Assembly: GCA_963736005.1 (NCBI GenBank)
Contig: CAVTNB010000001.1
Span: 1,056,001-1,120,000 of the forward strand
Reading direction: 5' to 3'
Length of the DNA: 64,000 nt
From: an uncultured Pseudomonadota bacterium
GTDB taxonomy: Bacteria > Vulcanimicrobiota > Vulcanimicrobiia > Eremiobacterales > Eremiobacteraceae
Under the pieces are notes generated by a model. It searched no databases. It was not told the origin of the DNA and saw nothing but the letters and a program-made list of their open reading frames with translations. Both the position numbers and the translations under genes were made by a program. This document shows, piece after piece, positions 37,419 to 47,285 of the stretch (its first letter is position 1; each line of letters opens with the position of its first letter).

Positions 37419-38810
37419 CTAACGGGCGGTCGGGGCAGGGTGGATCGTGCCTTTTTTGTGCGCAGCTTTGAGGGCCGCGTAATCTCGCTCGGTTTGGTTG
37501 GCGTATTGCCGAGCGAAGCGTGCGATCGCCCGATCGAACCGGTCACTCGCGCCGAGATACCCACTGATGACGGCCGCATCTCCAGTTCGAGCGTGCGCAC
37601 GCGCTAGAATCGTTCCGCAGACCTGCGCGTAGGCGATAAACGACCGACCGGTCAGCTGTTCCAGCTCGATGGAGGCCTTCATGTCGCGGAGCTGGCGCAC
37701 GTAATAGTCACGCCCGCGATACGATGTCCATCCCAGAAACGCGTCGCTGGCCGCCTGCATGATGCGCTGCCCGGTGACTACTCGCTGACCTTGGTTGCGA
37801 AAGGGGCTCTGATTTTTGGGGGTTTCCAGGACGGAGTGATTCGCTTCTTTCGTTTGTAAGATGAGCGCATCGTCTTTCCCCGCCATGAAGAGCAGCACAC
37901 CGCAGCGCGTTCCGACACTGCCGACGCCCACGACTTTGACCGCCATGTCCACAAGTTGGTAGCGGTCGAAGAGAACCCGCACGTCGGCGCGCAGGCTGTC
38001 GCGATATTTATCGATGACGGAGTGCATGATTTGGCTGTGTGCATGATCCGTGACCGAATGATACACAAATGGAGGATTGTCGATGAATCGGCGCACAGCG
38101 TTGCGACTCTCCGTCATCTTCCCGAGAATGACATCAGGCGTGCGGCCGCGCACCCGCAGCGCACCGCGTTCCAACGATTGGAGCTGACCCGAGGTCTGGG
38201 CGATATCTTTGAGGATATCCTCGACATCCAGGTGCGAATACCAGACTTGCAATGCAGTCTTGTTTGCAAGTCTTGCCATGTGTTCTCGGTAGTGACGCGT
38301 GGCCGAGAGCGCTGCATCATCACAACAATCACCGTCGAAATTGGTGGAGCGACCGGCCACGACAATGCTCGCTGCAAGACGCTTGACATCAAATTCCCAC
38401 GGCGCGAAAAGAGTCTCGTCGAAATCGTTGATATCGAAAACGAAATTGCGTTCTGGCGTTGCATACCCGCCAAAGTTTGCAAGGTGACAATCGCCGCATG
38501 CGTTCACCTGGTAGCCGGTCAGCGGCAGCTTGGCAAGGTCGTGCGCCATCACCACTGCGGCGCCCCGCATGAACGCAAAAGGTGATTGGAGCATCCGCGC
38601 GTAGCGGATTGGTACGAGACTTTTCACGCGTTGGCGGTTCTGCTGCCTGAGCAGCTCGATTGGGTCCGGCCGGCCTGGCCATGGAGCCCACTGCCCCTGC
38701 GCTGCCCTGGGAACCTTAGCGCGCAACGCTTTACCGTGCGCTTGGCGCTCTTTGATCGTGGGAAGCCCGCTTGCGTAAGGCTTGCGAGCCGGTCTTGCGA
38801 TGCGAGCCAA
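37419..38810 (-). CDS. DUF2252 family protein
   Basis: SPFAFMRGAA, CGDCHLANFG, FDINDFDE, KVVGVGSVGTR, YVRQLRDMK, LARAHARTGD. Confidence 0.9.
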   Translation of the reverse strand: MARIARPARKPYASGLPTIKERQAHGKALRAKVPRAAQGQWAPWPGRPDPIELLRQQNRQRVKSLVPIRYARMLQSPFAFMRGAAVVMAHDLAKLPLTGYQVNACGDCHLANFGGYATPERNFVFDINDFDETLFAPWEFDVKRLAASIVVAGRSTNFDGDCCDDAALSATRHYREHMARLANKTALQVWYSHLDVEDILKDIAQTSGQLQSLERGALRVRGRTPDVILGKMTESRNAVRRFIDNPPFVYHSVTDHAHSQIMHSVIDKYRDSLRADVRVLFDRYQLVDMAVKVVGVGSVGTRCGVLLFMAGKDDALILQTKEANHSVLETPKNQSPFRNQGQRVVTGQRIMQAASDAFLGWTSYRGRDYYVRQLRDMKASIELEQLTGRSFIAYAQVCGTILARAHARTGDAAVISGYLGASDRFDRAIARFARQYANQTERDYAALKAAHKKGTIHPAPTAR

Positions 38811-38865
38811 GGGCGTGCCTCCAGTTGGATGAAACGCAAGGGCCTCCGGACAATTACTTCAGCCC

Positions 38866-40239
38866 GTGTTCAAAATCCCTATCCGCGTCGTGCTCCTCGT
38901 CTGCGCCGTCAGCGCGATCGCTGCTCGCGGCGATTTTCCAATCGCCGCATCCAGCCGCGCGGACGCGGCGACGATGACCTGTGACTACTCGTTCATTGTC
39001 CACCAGCCGATCTACCAGCTCGTCGCGCCCCAGGAAAGCGGCACCGACGTCTCGCTCGCCACGCCGCTTGGGATTCAGTCTGACGGAAGCTTTTCCACGA
39101 TCAAGCAGGTCGAGCTCGTGCCCGATAGCGGATCGCCGATCGTCTTGACACCTCGTTTTACACCCTACACGCCGCCAAGCATCTTGCACAAGAGTCGAAA
39201 CTTTGCGAGCCCCGCCTCCGCCATTGTGACGATGCCGCTACCGAGGCTCAAGCCCTCCACAACGTACGATGTCGTTTTTTCGGTGACCACCCTCGCTGCG
39301 CCGTCCGGTTGCCCAAAAACGCTGACGGAGCACATCGCTCGCTTCACGACGGAATCGGCAACCTCGCTCGACGCCATAGCCCTCGCACATGAAGCGGCTG
39401 CCCCACCGTCCGGTAACAAGCTCTCCGGATCGGACATTTTCGATAACGCGCTGCACACGCTGCGCACGTTTGACTACCCGCCGGTGGTTTCGTTCATCGT
39501 CACGTCACGCTCGACGATCGGCGGCAAGCCGTTCATCGAAGAATTCCGGTCGAGTTTGCGAACGAGTGATGGAATAGTGATCACGCACTCCGTGCCAGTG
39601 GTCACGACGAACCAGCCTGAAAATCCGTGGGGATGGCGCATCAACATTCCAATCCTTAGTGCGCTTTTTCCGAGCCAGCGAAAGGGTAATTATTCGCAAC
39701 CGTTTGGCGTTCCCGAAATCTCACCCACCTACGCCTTCGGGCTCTTGCCACGCAAGCCCACGGAGTTCCCAGGAATGCGCACCTCCGATGATGAGGACTC
39801 TGGTGTCAGATCCCTCGGTCGCGTGCTCTCGATCGCCCGCGACTACGAAGCTGAGCTGTTGGATGTCGAGCCTTATCGCAATCGCTACGTCTATCACCTG
39901 AAGCTGACGCCAATCGATAGACCTGACTACTACCGTTTGCGCGAAGCTTGGGTTGATACGCAAGGCTTCATCATTTGGAAGCTGCGCAGCGCGGGAATCT
40001 TTGACGAAGGGCCGGCGACGACCGTACCGTGGGATGCGGAGTACACGGTCGCGGACGGCCACTGGTTCATGGCCTCGGAATATACGGCGTCCACCATTAA
40101 GACCGGTGGTTTGTTGAGCAACTCACCACCGGTGAATTACGACGGCATGAGCTACACATTTTCGGACTTTGCGTATCCACAGGATACCATGGACCTCGAC
40201 TTCTTCAGTGAAGTCAAGACGGACGCGGTCCAATACTAG
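38866..40239 (+). CDS. Secreted hypothetical protein, two beta-rich domains
   Basis: 457-aa ORF with a signal peptide; a REP-A copy lies in frame at 38927-38948. Confidence 0.75.
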   Translation: MFKIPIRVVLLVCAVSAIAARGDFPIAASSRADAATMTCDYSFIVHQPIYQLVAPQESGTDVSLATPLGIQSDGSFSTIKQVELVPDSGSPIVLTPRFTPYTPPSILHKSRNFASPASAIVTMPLPRLKPSTTYDVVFSVTTLAAPSGCPKTLTEHIARFTTESATSLDAIALAHEAAAPPSGNKLSGSDIFDNALHTLRTFDYPPVVSFIVTSRSTIGGKPFIEEFRSSLRTSDGIVITHSVPVVTTNQPENPWGWRINIPILSALFPSQRKGNYSQPFGVPEISPTYAFGLLPRKPTEFPGMRTSDDEDSGVRSLGRVLSIARDYEAELLDVEPYRNRYVYHLKLTPIDRPDYYRLREAWVDTQGFIIWKLRSAGIFDEGPATTVPWDAEYTVADGHWFMASEYTASTIKTGGLLSNSPPVNYDGMSYTFSDFAYPQDTMDLDFFSEVKTDAVQY

Positions 40240-40267
40240 CGCGATCCCACCTGAGGGAGGAAGAAGA

Positions 40268-40699
40268 ATGCCACAGAGGACTGCGCAGGCGCAATGGACG
40301 GGTGACCTGCGCTCCGGTTCGGGCCACATGAAATTTGGCGGCGGAGCATTTGACGGCGCGTACTCGTTTGATTCTCGCTTTGGCGACGGCAAGGGAACGA
40401 ATCCAGAAGAACTGATTGCGGCAGCGCATGCGGGCTGCTTCACGATGGCGACCGCGGGCGGCCTTACCAAGGGCGGTTTCAAGCCGGAACGTTTGGCCAC
40501 CGTCGCGACAGTGCACCTCGAATCCGAAAGCGGTGGTTTTTCCATTCGACGGATAGATCTCAAGATGGACGCTTCGGTGCCGGGCATCGACGACGCAACG
40601 TTTCAAAAAATCGTTGCTGACGCAAAGAAAGGCTGCCCTGTTTCGCGGGCACTTGCCGGCGTGCCGGAAATCACGGCGCAGGCGACCCTGACAAAATAG
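40268..40699 (+). CDS. osmC: OsmC-family peroxiredoxin
   Basis: YSFDSRF, GTNPEELIAAAHAGCFTMA, AKKGCPVSRAL; GGAGG RBS. Confidence 0.93.
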   Translation: MPQRTAQAQWTGDLRSGSGHMKFGGGAFDGAYSFDSRFGDGKGTNPEELIAAAHAGCFTMATAGGLTKGGFKPERLATVATVHLESESGGFSIRRIDLKMDASVPGIDDATFQKIVADAKKGCPVSRALAGVPEITAQATLTK

Positions 40700-40724
40700 C
40701 AGCGCTACCCTGGAGGATCTTCCT

Positions 40725-41918
40725 GTGAAAACCATCTTGATGGTGCTTGCCTTGGTATTTGTCATAAGTCGACCCGCGTGGGCGGCCGGCGGCGACAACG
40801 CGTTGCGCTCGGCGTTGACCGCAGATCTGAGCAACTACCTGGCAAGCCGGGCGAAGATCGAGCACATCTCCGCTGCTTCGTTGAGCGTCGATCTTCACGA
40901 CTCCACCTCAAACATCAATGTAGCAGCGGGAACCACGCAATATGGCGGCGGCAAGCCGGTGACCCCAAATAATCTCTTCCAGATCGGCAGCAACACCAAG
41001 GCCTTTACCTCCTCGATTCTTTTGCAGCTCGAGGCCGAAGGCAAACTCTCAATTGACGACCCGCTCGGGAAGTTTCTCCCTCAGTACCCGGCGTGGAAAG
41101 ACATCACGATTCGCCGTCTCCTCGATATGACGAGTCCAATTCCGACGTACGACGATACCGACTCGTTTATGGACGCCGTTGTGGCGCAGCCATATCGCAA
41201 GTTCACGACAGCCGACCTTGTCCATTATTGTTACCCCGGAACCCCAGGCGCGCCCAAGCCGCAGCACGGCTGGTACTATTCAAATACCAACTACATCCTC
41301 TCGGAAATGATCATCGAAAAGGTCACGGGCCAAAGCTACGAATCAGAAGTGCAAAGTCGCATCATTAACGCCATCCCGCTCGAAGACATGTACTACAGCC
41401 CTCATCTTTACCCATCCGCGGTTGCCATCCGCACGGTCTCTGGATACTTCTACAACCACACCCCGGAGAATAAACACCTAGCCCCGCTTTTGAATAAAGA
41501 CGTTCGGCTCTACAGTGTGTCGTGGGCCCAAGGCGCGGGGGCTGCAGTTGGATCACCTGAGGCGATGACCCATTGGGTGCGCGCGCTGTATCAAAGCCCG
41601 ACCTTCCTGCCCGCCGTGCAACGTCGCGAGATGATGACCATCGTGTCGCTGGCAACCGGAAAACCCATCGCAAGGACATCGCTTACGGACCCGCGTGCCT
41701 TTGGGTTAGGAGTCGCTCAACTGACAGAAAAGGAAACGGGGACAATCTGGTTCTACGAGGGCGAGACCCTAGGCTACCGCATGTTGTACGGCTACTTTCC
41801 AAAGCAGGACGTGGTGCTCGATGTCGGGCTCAACAGCCAGCCCGATGGAAACCAAGACAAAATTGGCATGCTCTTTACTTCGATTTATAAAACGCTGCAC
41901 GCGGCCGGTAAAATGTAA
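40725..41918 (+). CDS. Secreted serine hydrolase (D-Ala-D-Ala carboxypeptidase/beta-lactamase-like)
   Basis: GSNTK (SxxK), YYSNTNY; signal peptide. Confidence 0.9.
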   Translation: MKTILMVLALVFVISRPAWAAGGDNALRSALTADLSNYLASRAKIEHISAASLSVDLHDSTSNINVAAGTTQYGGGKPVTPNNLFQIGSNTKAFTSSILLQLEAEGKLSIDDPLGKFLPQYPAWKDITIRRLLDMTSPIPTYDDTDSFMDAVVAQPYRKFTTADLVHYCYPGTPGAPKPQHGWYYSNTNYILSEMIIEKVTGQSYESEVQSRIINAIPLEDMYYSPHLYPSAVAIRTVSGYFYNHTPENKHLAPLLNKDVRLYSVSWAQGAGAAVGSPEAMTHWVRALYQSPTFLPAVQRREMMTIVSLATGKPIARTSLTDPRAFGLGVAQLTEKETGTIWFYEGETLGYRMLYGYFPKQDVVLDVGLNSQPDGNQDKIGMLFTSIYKTLHAAGKM

Positions 41919-41924
41919 AAAAAG

Positions 41925-41950
41925 AGGGGCGATCTTTCAATCGCCCCTAC
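41925..41950 (-). repeat. REP family A variant between convergent genes
   Basis: AGGGGCGATCTTTCAATCGCCCCTAC. Confidence 0.85.
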
Positions 41951-41966
41951 TTGATCCTCCTTGGCC

Positions 41967-44252
41967 CTACTTGCCGTGTGGCCGCTGAGGTCTAGTCGGG
42001 TTGCCGCTAGACTGGCGCTGAAACTGCGGACGCGGTGCATTCACATTGCCGCCTCGTTGCGGATAGTTATTCGAATAGGTCGGGTACCCGCGGTATCCAG
42101 TTCCAACGGAAGATGCCGGGTGGTCGTTGTAGGTCCCGTTGAAGCGAGTCCAGGGCGAACTCGGCATCGCCGACGATGGCACGCTGTGGTATGAGCCTAT
42201 CGCGTGCGGCATTGAGCCGGTCGAAGGGAGAGTTCTCGCCCCCGATCCGACTGCGTGAGTTGAACTCCCGTTGAAGCGAGTCCAGGGCGAACTCGGCATC
42301 GCCGACGATGGCACGCTGTGGTATGAGCCTATCGCGTGCGGCATTGAGCCGGTCGAAGGGAGAGTTCTCGCCCCCGATCCGACTGCGTGAGTTGAACTCC
42401 CGTTGAAGCGAGTCCACGGAGAACTCGGCGTCAACGACGATGGCGCGCCTTGGAATGAGCGTCCCGTCTGCGAATTGCCGGTCGCATGGAAAGTCCTCGG
42501 AGTCGATCCAACCCCGCGCGTTGCACCTCCGTTGAAGCGCGTCGCGTTGGGGAGAGCTGCCGGCATGGCCCCGGCCGCGCTACTTCCGGCACCATGACTT
42601 GCGTTGAACCTGCTCCACTCCGCGGATGGGCCCGATCGCGTTGTGATACGGCTGGGTTGGGTAGGCTTCATTGAATTCGTCATCGCCGGATTCGTCGCCG
42701 TCGAGACGTGAGGACCAATCCCGACGTCCATCGCTGTGCCGCGCGCGGAGCCGAAGCGCCCCCATGCCGACGATGGTGCGCCGCCGGAGTTGAGTTTGGC
42801 AATCGGAGTGCCAGACCGTTCGCTGATCGGCTTGCCGACTGTGCCACCGCTTTGACGTCCGAGGAAACCAGTTTGCGTCTTCGGTTGCAACGCCATGACA
42901 TGGAAGCGGGGCGAAAGCGGTTGCGTCCTGGCAATCGGCATGGGTCTGTCGCTGAACCGCATGTTGCCTTTGCCAGGCTGGATTGGCAACGTGCTCTTCA
43001 GAAGTCCAACGTTTTGAAGGTCGTGTGCGTTCACGGGCAAGTAGTGGTGTGCTGACGATCCGTTCTGGAAATCGCGCACCGTTATTGATGCAATCGCTGC
43101 GTGCGGCCCGCGCGCATTGCGATAGATCTTCGTGACGTTGACGTTCGTAATGTTGATGTTCGTGATGTTGATGTTGGTGATGTTGGCGCCGAAGCCAGAC
43201 CCCCACCACGGGTAAAACGGCTCATACGGTGCGAGCGGCACCCACGCGACATTGCTAAACCCAAAGCCGACGCTGAAACCAAAACCGCTGCCATACCCAA
43301 AGAAGGCGACGGCGCCTGGGCAGTAGGCGACAGGTGCATACACAGGACCGGGCCACCATGCCCACCCATAGCCGTTAGCATAAAACCAACGCCCATAGTG
43401 ATATGGCGCCCAACCCCACGGCTCGTATCCAACCCACGTCCAACCATAGTATGGTGCCCAAGCCCAGCGGCCGTCTTGATAGGGTGCCCAATCGGACTGG
43501 TCGCTGTATGGAACCCACACGTTGCCGTAGTCAGAGACCCAAACCCAATGTCCGTAAGAATCAAGGTCATCCAGACCGACGATATCTTGATTGGCATATT
43601 GGTCTGCAGATGAAGGCTGCTCGTATTGATCGCGCTGCGCATTCCAAGAATCGAAATCGTCGTACGCGACCGTATCGATCGTGCTGACCTGGGGATTGGA
43701 CGATGATCCTTTGACGAGAACCGTCGTCCCTGAGTCGATCGTTTGCGAGCCTTGTGGCCCTATGAGGTCCGCTTGGCCGGAACGCACGGTAAAAATAGTA
43801 CTCCCACTGCTGTCGACTGTAACGCGGTAGCTACCGGGTTCGTCTGGTCGAATCGTGATGGACGGCGTGTCGAGCGCGATGTTTGCATCCGAAGAGTGCA
43901 GCACGCGCACATCGACCGTACCCGCTGCAAGTTGCAGTTGATGGTCATTTGCATCGAGCTTCGAGAAGCGCACTTGAGCGTCCGCGGCGATGCGTACGAA
44001 ATCTGCGTTGTCGATCTGCACTTCAGCGTGAGAGCCAGAACCGGTCGAGAGGTAGTCTCCAACGCTTATAGGTGCATTGACGACGGCCGCTTCGGTGTCT
44101 CCATTATCGCCGTGCTGCACGGTGATCGTCCCGTTCACAACGCTGACGCGGGCGACGCCGCTTCCGCTGTCTGCAAGTGCCGGAACTGAAGCGAGACCGA
44201 CCACAAGGATGGCAGCTAGGGCCATGCCTAGCTTGACGAATGCATTTTTCAT
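41967..44252 (-). CDS. Secreted FecR-like plus Trp/Tyr/Pro-rich (DUF6600-like) protein with a disordered repetitive tail
   Basis: VARVSVVNG...GDYLST...AEVQID; LDSYGHW, WAPYQDGRW, WGWAPYHYGRW. Confidence 0.85.
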   Translation of the reverse strand: MKNAFVKLGMALAAILVVGLASVPALADSGSGVARVSVVNGTITVQHGDNGDTEAAVVNAPISVGDYLSTGSGSHAEVQIDNADFVRIAADAQVRFSKLDANDHQLQLAAGTVDVRVLHSSDANIALDTPSITIRPDEPGSYRVTVDSSGSTIFTVRSGQADLIGPQGSQTIDSGTTVLVKGSSSNPQVSTIDTVAYDDFDSWNAQRDQYEQPSSADQYANQDIVGLDDLDSYGHWVWVSDYGNVWVPYSDQSDWAPYQDGRWAWAPYYGWTWVGYEPWGWAPYHYGRWFYANGYGWAWWPGPVYAPVAYCPGAVAFFGYGSGFGFSVGFGFSNVAWVPLAPYEPFYPWWGSGFGANITNINITNINITNVNVTKIYRNARGPHAAIASITVRDFQNGSSAHHYLPVNAHDLQNVGLLKSTLPIQPGKGNMRFSDRPMPIARTQPLSPRFHVMALQPKTQTGFLGRQSGGTVGKPISERSGTPIAKLNSGGAPSSAWGRFGSARGTAMDVGIGPHVSTATNPAMTNSMKPTQPSRITTRSGPSAEWSRFNASHGAGSSAAGAMPAALPNATRFNGGATRGVGSTPRTFHATGNSQTGRSFQGAPSSLTPSSPWTRFNGSSTHAVGSGARTLPSTGSMPHAIGSYHSVPSSAMPSSPWTRFNGSSTHAVGSGARTLPSTGSMPHAIGSYHSVPSSAMPSSPWTRFNGTYNDHPASSVGTGYRGYPTYSNNYPQRGGNVNAPRPQFQRQSSGNPTRPQRPHGK
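42134..42416. repeat. Perfect 132-bp (44-codon) tandem duplication inside the CDS
   Basis: TCCCGTTGAAGCGAGTCCA recurs at 42134, 42266 and 42398 with identical intervening sequence. Confidence 0.95.
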
Positions 44253-44338
44253 GGGGCAACTCCTGGGGGCAACCGCGTGGGTCCACCTCGCCCATCCTGC
44301 CCTACCTTCTACTAAACGAATTCTGCTTGGGAAACGTT

Positions 44339-44875
44339 TTACCCGTCAGCGGGGGCATCCAGCTGGTACTTCCTGAGAAGATAGACACGCAATCCCAGGA
44401 TGACCCCCAGGGCCAAAGCGAGGAGTAGCGCGCTCAGCTGGCTCGCTAGGTCGCCTTTGGGCGGCATCGGCACCGTGCCCGCTGCCACCGAGCCGTTCTG
44501 AATTGCCGGGAGGATGGAAGTGCCCCTGATGAGCAGCCGCGCGCCAATGACTGCGACAAAAATCGCCGCTCCGATGGGCTTGGCCTTCGTATACATCACG
44601 TGCGCGGCGCGGTCGATCCTGACCGTGGTATGCGTGCCCTGGTACCAGCCAATCGCCCCGCCAACCACAAGCAGCCCGAGAGCGAGCGCAACGTCGACCG
44701 GGGTCGTGAAGCCATCAAAAACGAGCGCCCAAATGGTGAGGGCCAAAAAGATCGCGGGGGCGATCCACATCGACCCAACCTTAATCCGTTGCTCCCTGGT
44801 CGCTCGCCAGATGCGAAGACCGATGACAAGCATAATCGCCACAATGACGATAAGTGTGAGCTCTGTTTGACTCAT
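44339..44875 (-). CDS. CcdC/DUF1453-like membrane protein
   Basis: RIWRATREQRIK...MWIAP; about five TM segments. Confidence 0.7.
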   Translation of the reverse strand: MSQTELTLIVIVAIMLVIGLRIWRATREQRIKVGSMWIAPAIFLALTIWALVFDGFTTPVDVALALGLLVVGGAIGWYQGTHTTVRIDRAAHVMYTKAKPIGAAIFVAVIGARLLIRGTSILPAIQNGSVAAGTVPMPPKGDLASQLSALLLALALGVILGLRVYLLRKYQLDAPADG

Positions 44876-44960
44876 GACAAGCCTTTCGAGCCGGCCTTTG
44901 TCATCTCCGGCCTGCGGGAAGCTGGATGGCTTGCGCGCTCCGAGGTGGAAGAAATAGATT

Positions 44961-45467
44961 ATGATGCACTTTGCAAACCGGACAACCTTAGCGTTCGCGT
45001 GCGTGGCTATTTTGGCCACGCTCTCCATGGGCGCAAGCTATGTTAGTTACTTGGCAATCAGCCTGCAGCCCGGCGACCAGATCAGCGTGCACATCGATGG
45101 AACAACGCTCTCTTCTTCATCTTCCAACCCGGGTGACACGTTCCAAATTGTGGCCGCGGAACCGTTCCTGGCGCAAGGCAACGTCGCCGTTATCTCGGGC
45201 GCCGTCGGACAAGGTCACGTCGTCTCAATCGCACCGGCGAAAAATGGTAAGCCGGCCGCCGTGGCCATCCAACTCGATTGGATTACTTCAGTCGACGGTC
45301 AGCACGTTCCAATCGCGGCCACCAAGAAAGGTGATCCCCTCATTTTTGGCGCTGGTGGCCCCTATGAGAAAAACTATTCCAAAGACAAACCGGTAACAGT
45401 GGGCTCCGATCTTTTGTTTATGGCGTATGTAACTCAGCAGGTCTCGGTTCAGGTTAATCCGACGTAG
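44961..45467 (+). CDS. Secreted beta-rich hypothetical protein (TrbI/VirB10-like fold suspected)
   Basis: Signal peptide; LSSSSSNPGDTF...GAVGQGHVV...LDWITSVDG. Confidence 0.65.
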   Translation: MMHFANRTTLAFACVAILATLSMGASYVSYLAISLQPGDQISVHIDGTTLSSSSSNPGDTFQIVAAEPFLAQGNVAVISGAVGQGHVVSIAPAKNGKPAAVAIQLDWITSVDGQHVPIAATKKGDPLIFGAGGPYEKNYSKDKPVTVGSDLLFMAYVTQQVSVQVNPT

Positions 45468-45861
45468 TTTTTGGGAAGTGTGCGGCGAGCTCGCCTCCGA
45501 TTGCCTCGATGCCATGGATGAGTCCGCGGCTAAGATCTTCGGTTTTGATCTTCTGGCTCATTGAACGAGCAAGTTGGTCCCAAAAGCTTTGTCCGAGTTT
45601 TTGATGAATCCCGGCATCTCCAACCACTGCAAACTCCCGCTTTGAGGGCGCGACAAAGAGCAAAACGCTGTTGCGATGATGGCTGCGGTGCATGTCGAGC
45701 TTGGCAAACGCCTGCGCGGCCGCTGCGATGATGTCTCCGCGGGAAGGGGATGAGAGCACCACGACAACCTTGCCGGTGGTGTGAGCTTCTGCTACGCGAA
45801 TCGCTGCGGCGATTTGGTCCTCGTCGACGTAGCGCGCGAGATGATGTTTTGGCTTCACCAA
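45454..45861 (-). CDS. TPM-domain protein (YgcG partner)
   Basis: IAAAIRVAEAHTTGKV, RNSVLLFVA, FAVVGDAGIH. Confidence 0.88.
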   Translation of the reverse strand: MVKPKHHLARYVDEDQIAAAIRVAEAHTTGKVVVVLSSPSRGDIIAAAAQAFAKLDMHRSHHRNSVLLFVAPSKREFAVVGDAGIHQKLGQSFWDQLARSMSQKIKTEDLSRGLIHGIEAIGGELAAHFPKTTSD

Positions 45862-46607
45862 CCCCCCGATGCTCCGCCACCGCCACCCATGCCCCCGCCG
45901 CCGCTGAACCCGCCGCCACCGCCTGAAAAGCCTCCGCTAAAGCCGCCCCAACCGGCGCCGCTCCAGCCAGATCCGATAACATACGGACCGCGACGGCCCG
46001 CGGCTCGACGGATCAACGAGCTCATGATGAAAAAGATGACGAGAAAGGCGAGGATGCCCCATAAACCCCCGTTGTCCGAACTTGTGGAAGGTCGATAGGG
46101 CCGTGCCGACGCGCCTCCTTCGCCACCGATCGTCGCAAGGATATCCGAAACCGCGGACGTGACCGCTCCGTCTGGATCGTTCGCTCGCATCTGCGGTTCG
46201 ACGTCATTGCGAATGATTTGCGACGAAATGGCGTCGGTGAGTTGGCCTTCGAGTCCGTAGCCAACCTCGATGCGGACTTTGCGATCTTGCGTGAACAAAA
46301 AGAGGACGGCACCGTCGTCGAGACCTTTGCGGCCGACCTTCCAAGCCGTGAATGCGCGAATGGTCCAATCTTCAAGCGGCACGTCGCCGGTTGATGGACC
46401 AATCCAGACAAGGACTTGATGTCCCGTGGTCTTCTCGTAGTTTGCGAGGCGCTGGTTGAGGCTGTCGCTTGTGGACGATGAAAGCACCCCAACGTTGTCG
46501 GTCACCCACTGCGTGGGCGATGGCGGTATCGGGACTTGATCCGCCAGCGCACGCGCGCTGAGTGCAACCGCGGCGATGGCGGCAAGCAGGGTCAGGTAGA
46601 TCCGCAT
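45855..46607 (-). CDS. YgcG-like TPM-domain protein with a Gly-rich tail
   Basis: WKVGRKGLDDG, RIEVGYGLEG, FSGGGG...GGGASGGW. Confidence 0.92.
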   Translation of the reverse strand: MRIYLTLLAAIAAVALSARALADQVPIPPSPTQWVTDNVGVLSSSTSDSLNQRLANYEKTTGHQVLVWIGPSTGDVPLEDWTIRAFTAWKVGRKGLDDGAVLFLFTQDRKVRIEVGYGLEGQLTDAISSQIIRNDVEPQMRANDPDGAVTSAVSDILATIGGEGGASARPYRPSTSSDNGGLWGILAFLVIFFIMSSLIRRAAGRRGPYVIGSGWSGAGWGGFSGGFSGGGGGFSGGGGMGGGGGASGGW

Positions 46608-46610
46608 CCT

Positions 46611-47228
46611 TTAGAACTGCACCTGCGGAGCGGTCTGCGCACCAGGCTGAGCTTTAAAGTATTCCTTGGCCGGAAAGCGATTGCCGAACAATCCGACGAT
46701 CGCAATGGTCGGGAACGACTGGCGCGTCGTATTGTACTGCCGGGCGATGTCGTTATAACGCATGCGCTCCACCGCGATCCGATTCTCTGTACCTTCGAGT
46801 TGTGACTGAAGCGTCAGGAAATTCTCGCTTGCTTTGAGATCTGGATAGTTCTCAACGACGGCGAGCAGACGAGCAAGCGTCGCGGACAGACCATCTTGGG
46901 CGGCTTGAAATTTGGCAAAGTTTTGCGGATCGCTTGTCACGTTTGCGGGGATCGCTTGCGTCACTTGCCCAACTTTAGCGCGCGCTTGCGCAACCGCGAT
47001 GTACGTACTTTTTTCGAAATTCGCGGCGCCTTTGACTGTGGCGACGAGATTAGGGATGAGGTCGGCACGCCGCTGGTAGACATTCTCTACCTGAGCCCAT
47101 TGCGTGTCGACGGCCTGACTGAGAGTCACCAAATTGTTGTACGTGCCGACAATCCAAAATCCGACGATGGCAATGAGGACGACGACCGCGATCAAACACC
47201 CGAGCGCCCCGCGACTTCCCATTCTCAT
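46611..47228 (-). CDS. lemA: LemA family protein
   Basis: YQRRADLIPNLVATVKG, ENYPDLKA, QLEGTENRIAVERMRYN. Confidence 0.95.
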   Translation of the reverse strand: MRMGSRGALGCLIAVVVLIAIVGFWIVGTYNNLVTLSQAVDTQWAQVENVYQRRADLIPNLVATVKGAANFEKSTYIAVAQARAKVGQVTQAIPANVTSDPQNFAKFQAAQDGLSATLARLLAVVENYPDLKASENFLTLQSQLEGTENRIAVERMRYNDIARQYNTTRQSFPTIAIVGLFGNRFPAKEYFKAQPGAQTAPQVQF

Positions 47229-47285
47229 GTGCTCCTCATGTCAGTGGGTAAGAAGAGTAACCGTGACGGGTGAACTTCAGGGAGT

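Noticed and set aside
41945..41973. CCCTACTTG repeated at 41945 and 41965 as a target-site duplication
   Set aside because: Only 9 bp, both copies on the same side of the REP, and HUH-type insertion normally makes no duplication
42134..42416. 132-bp direct repeat as mobile element ends or att sites
   Set aside because: Head-to-tail, in frame, no cargo or recombinase; an intragenic duplication
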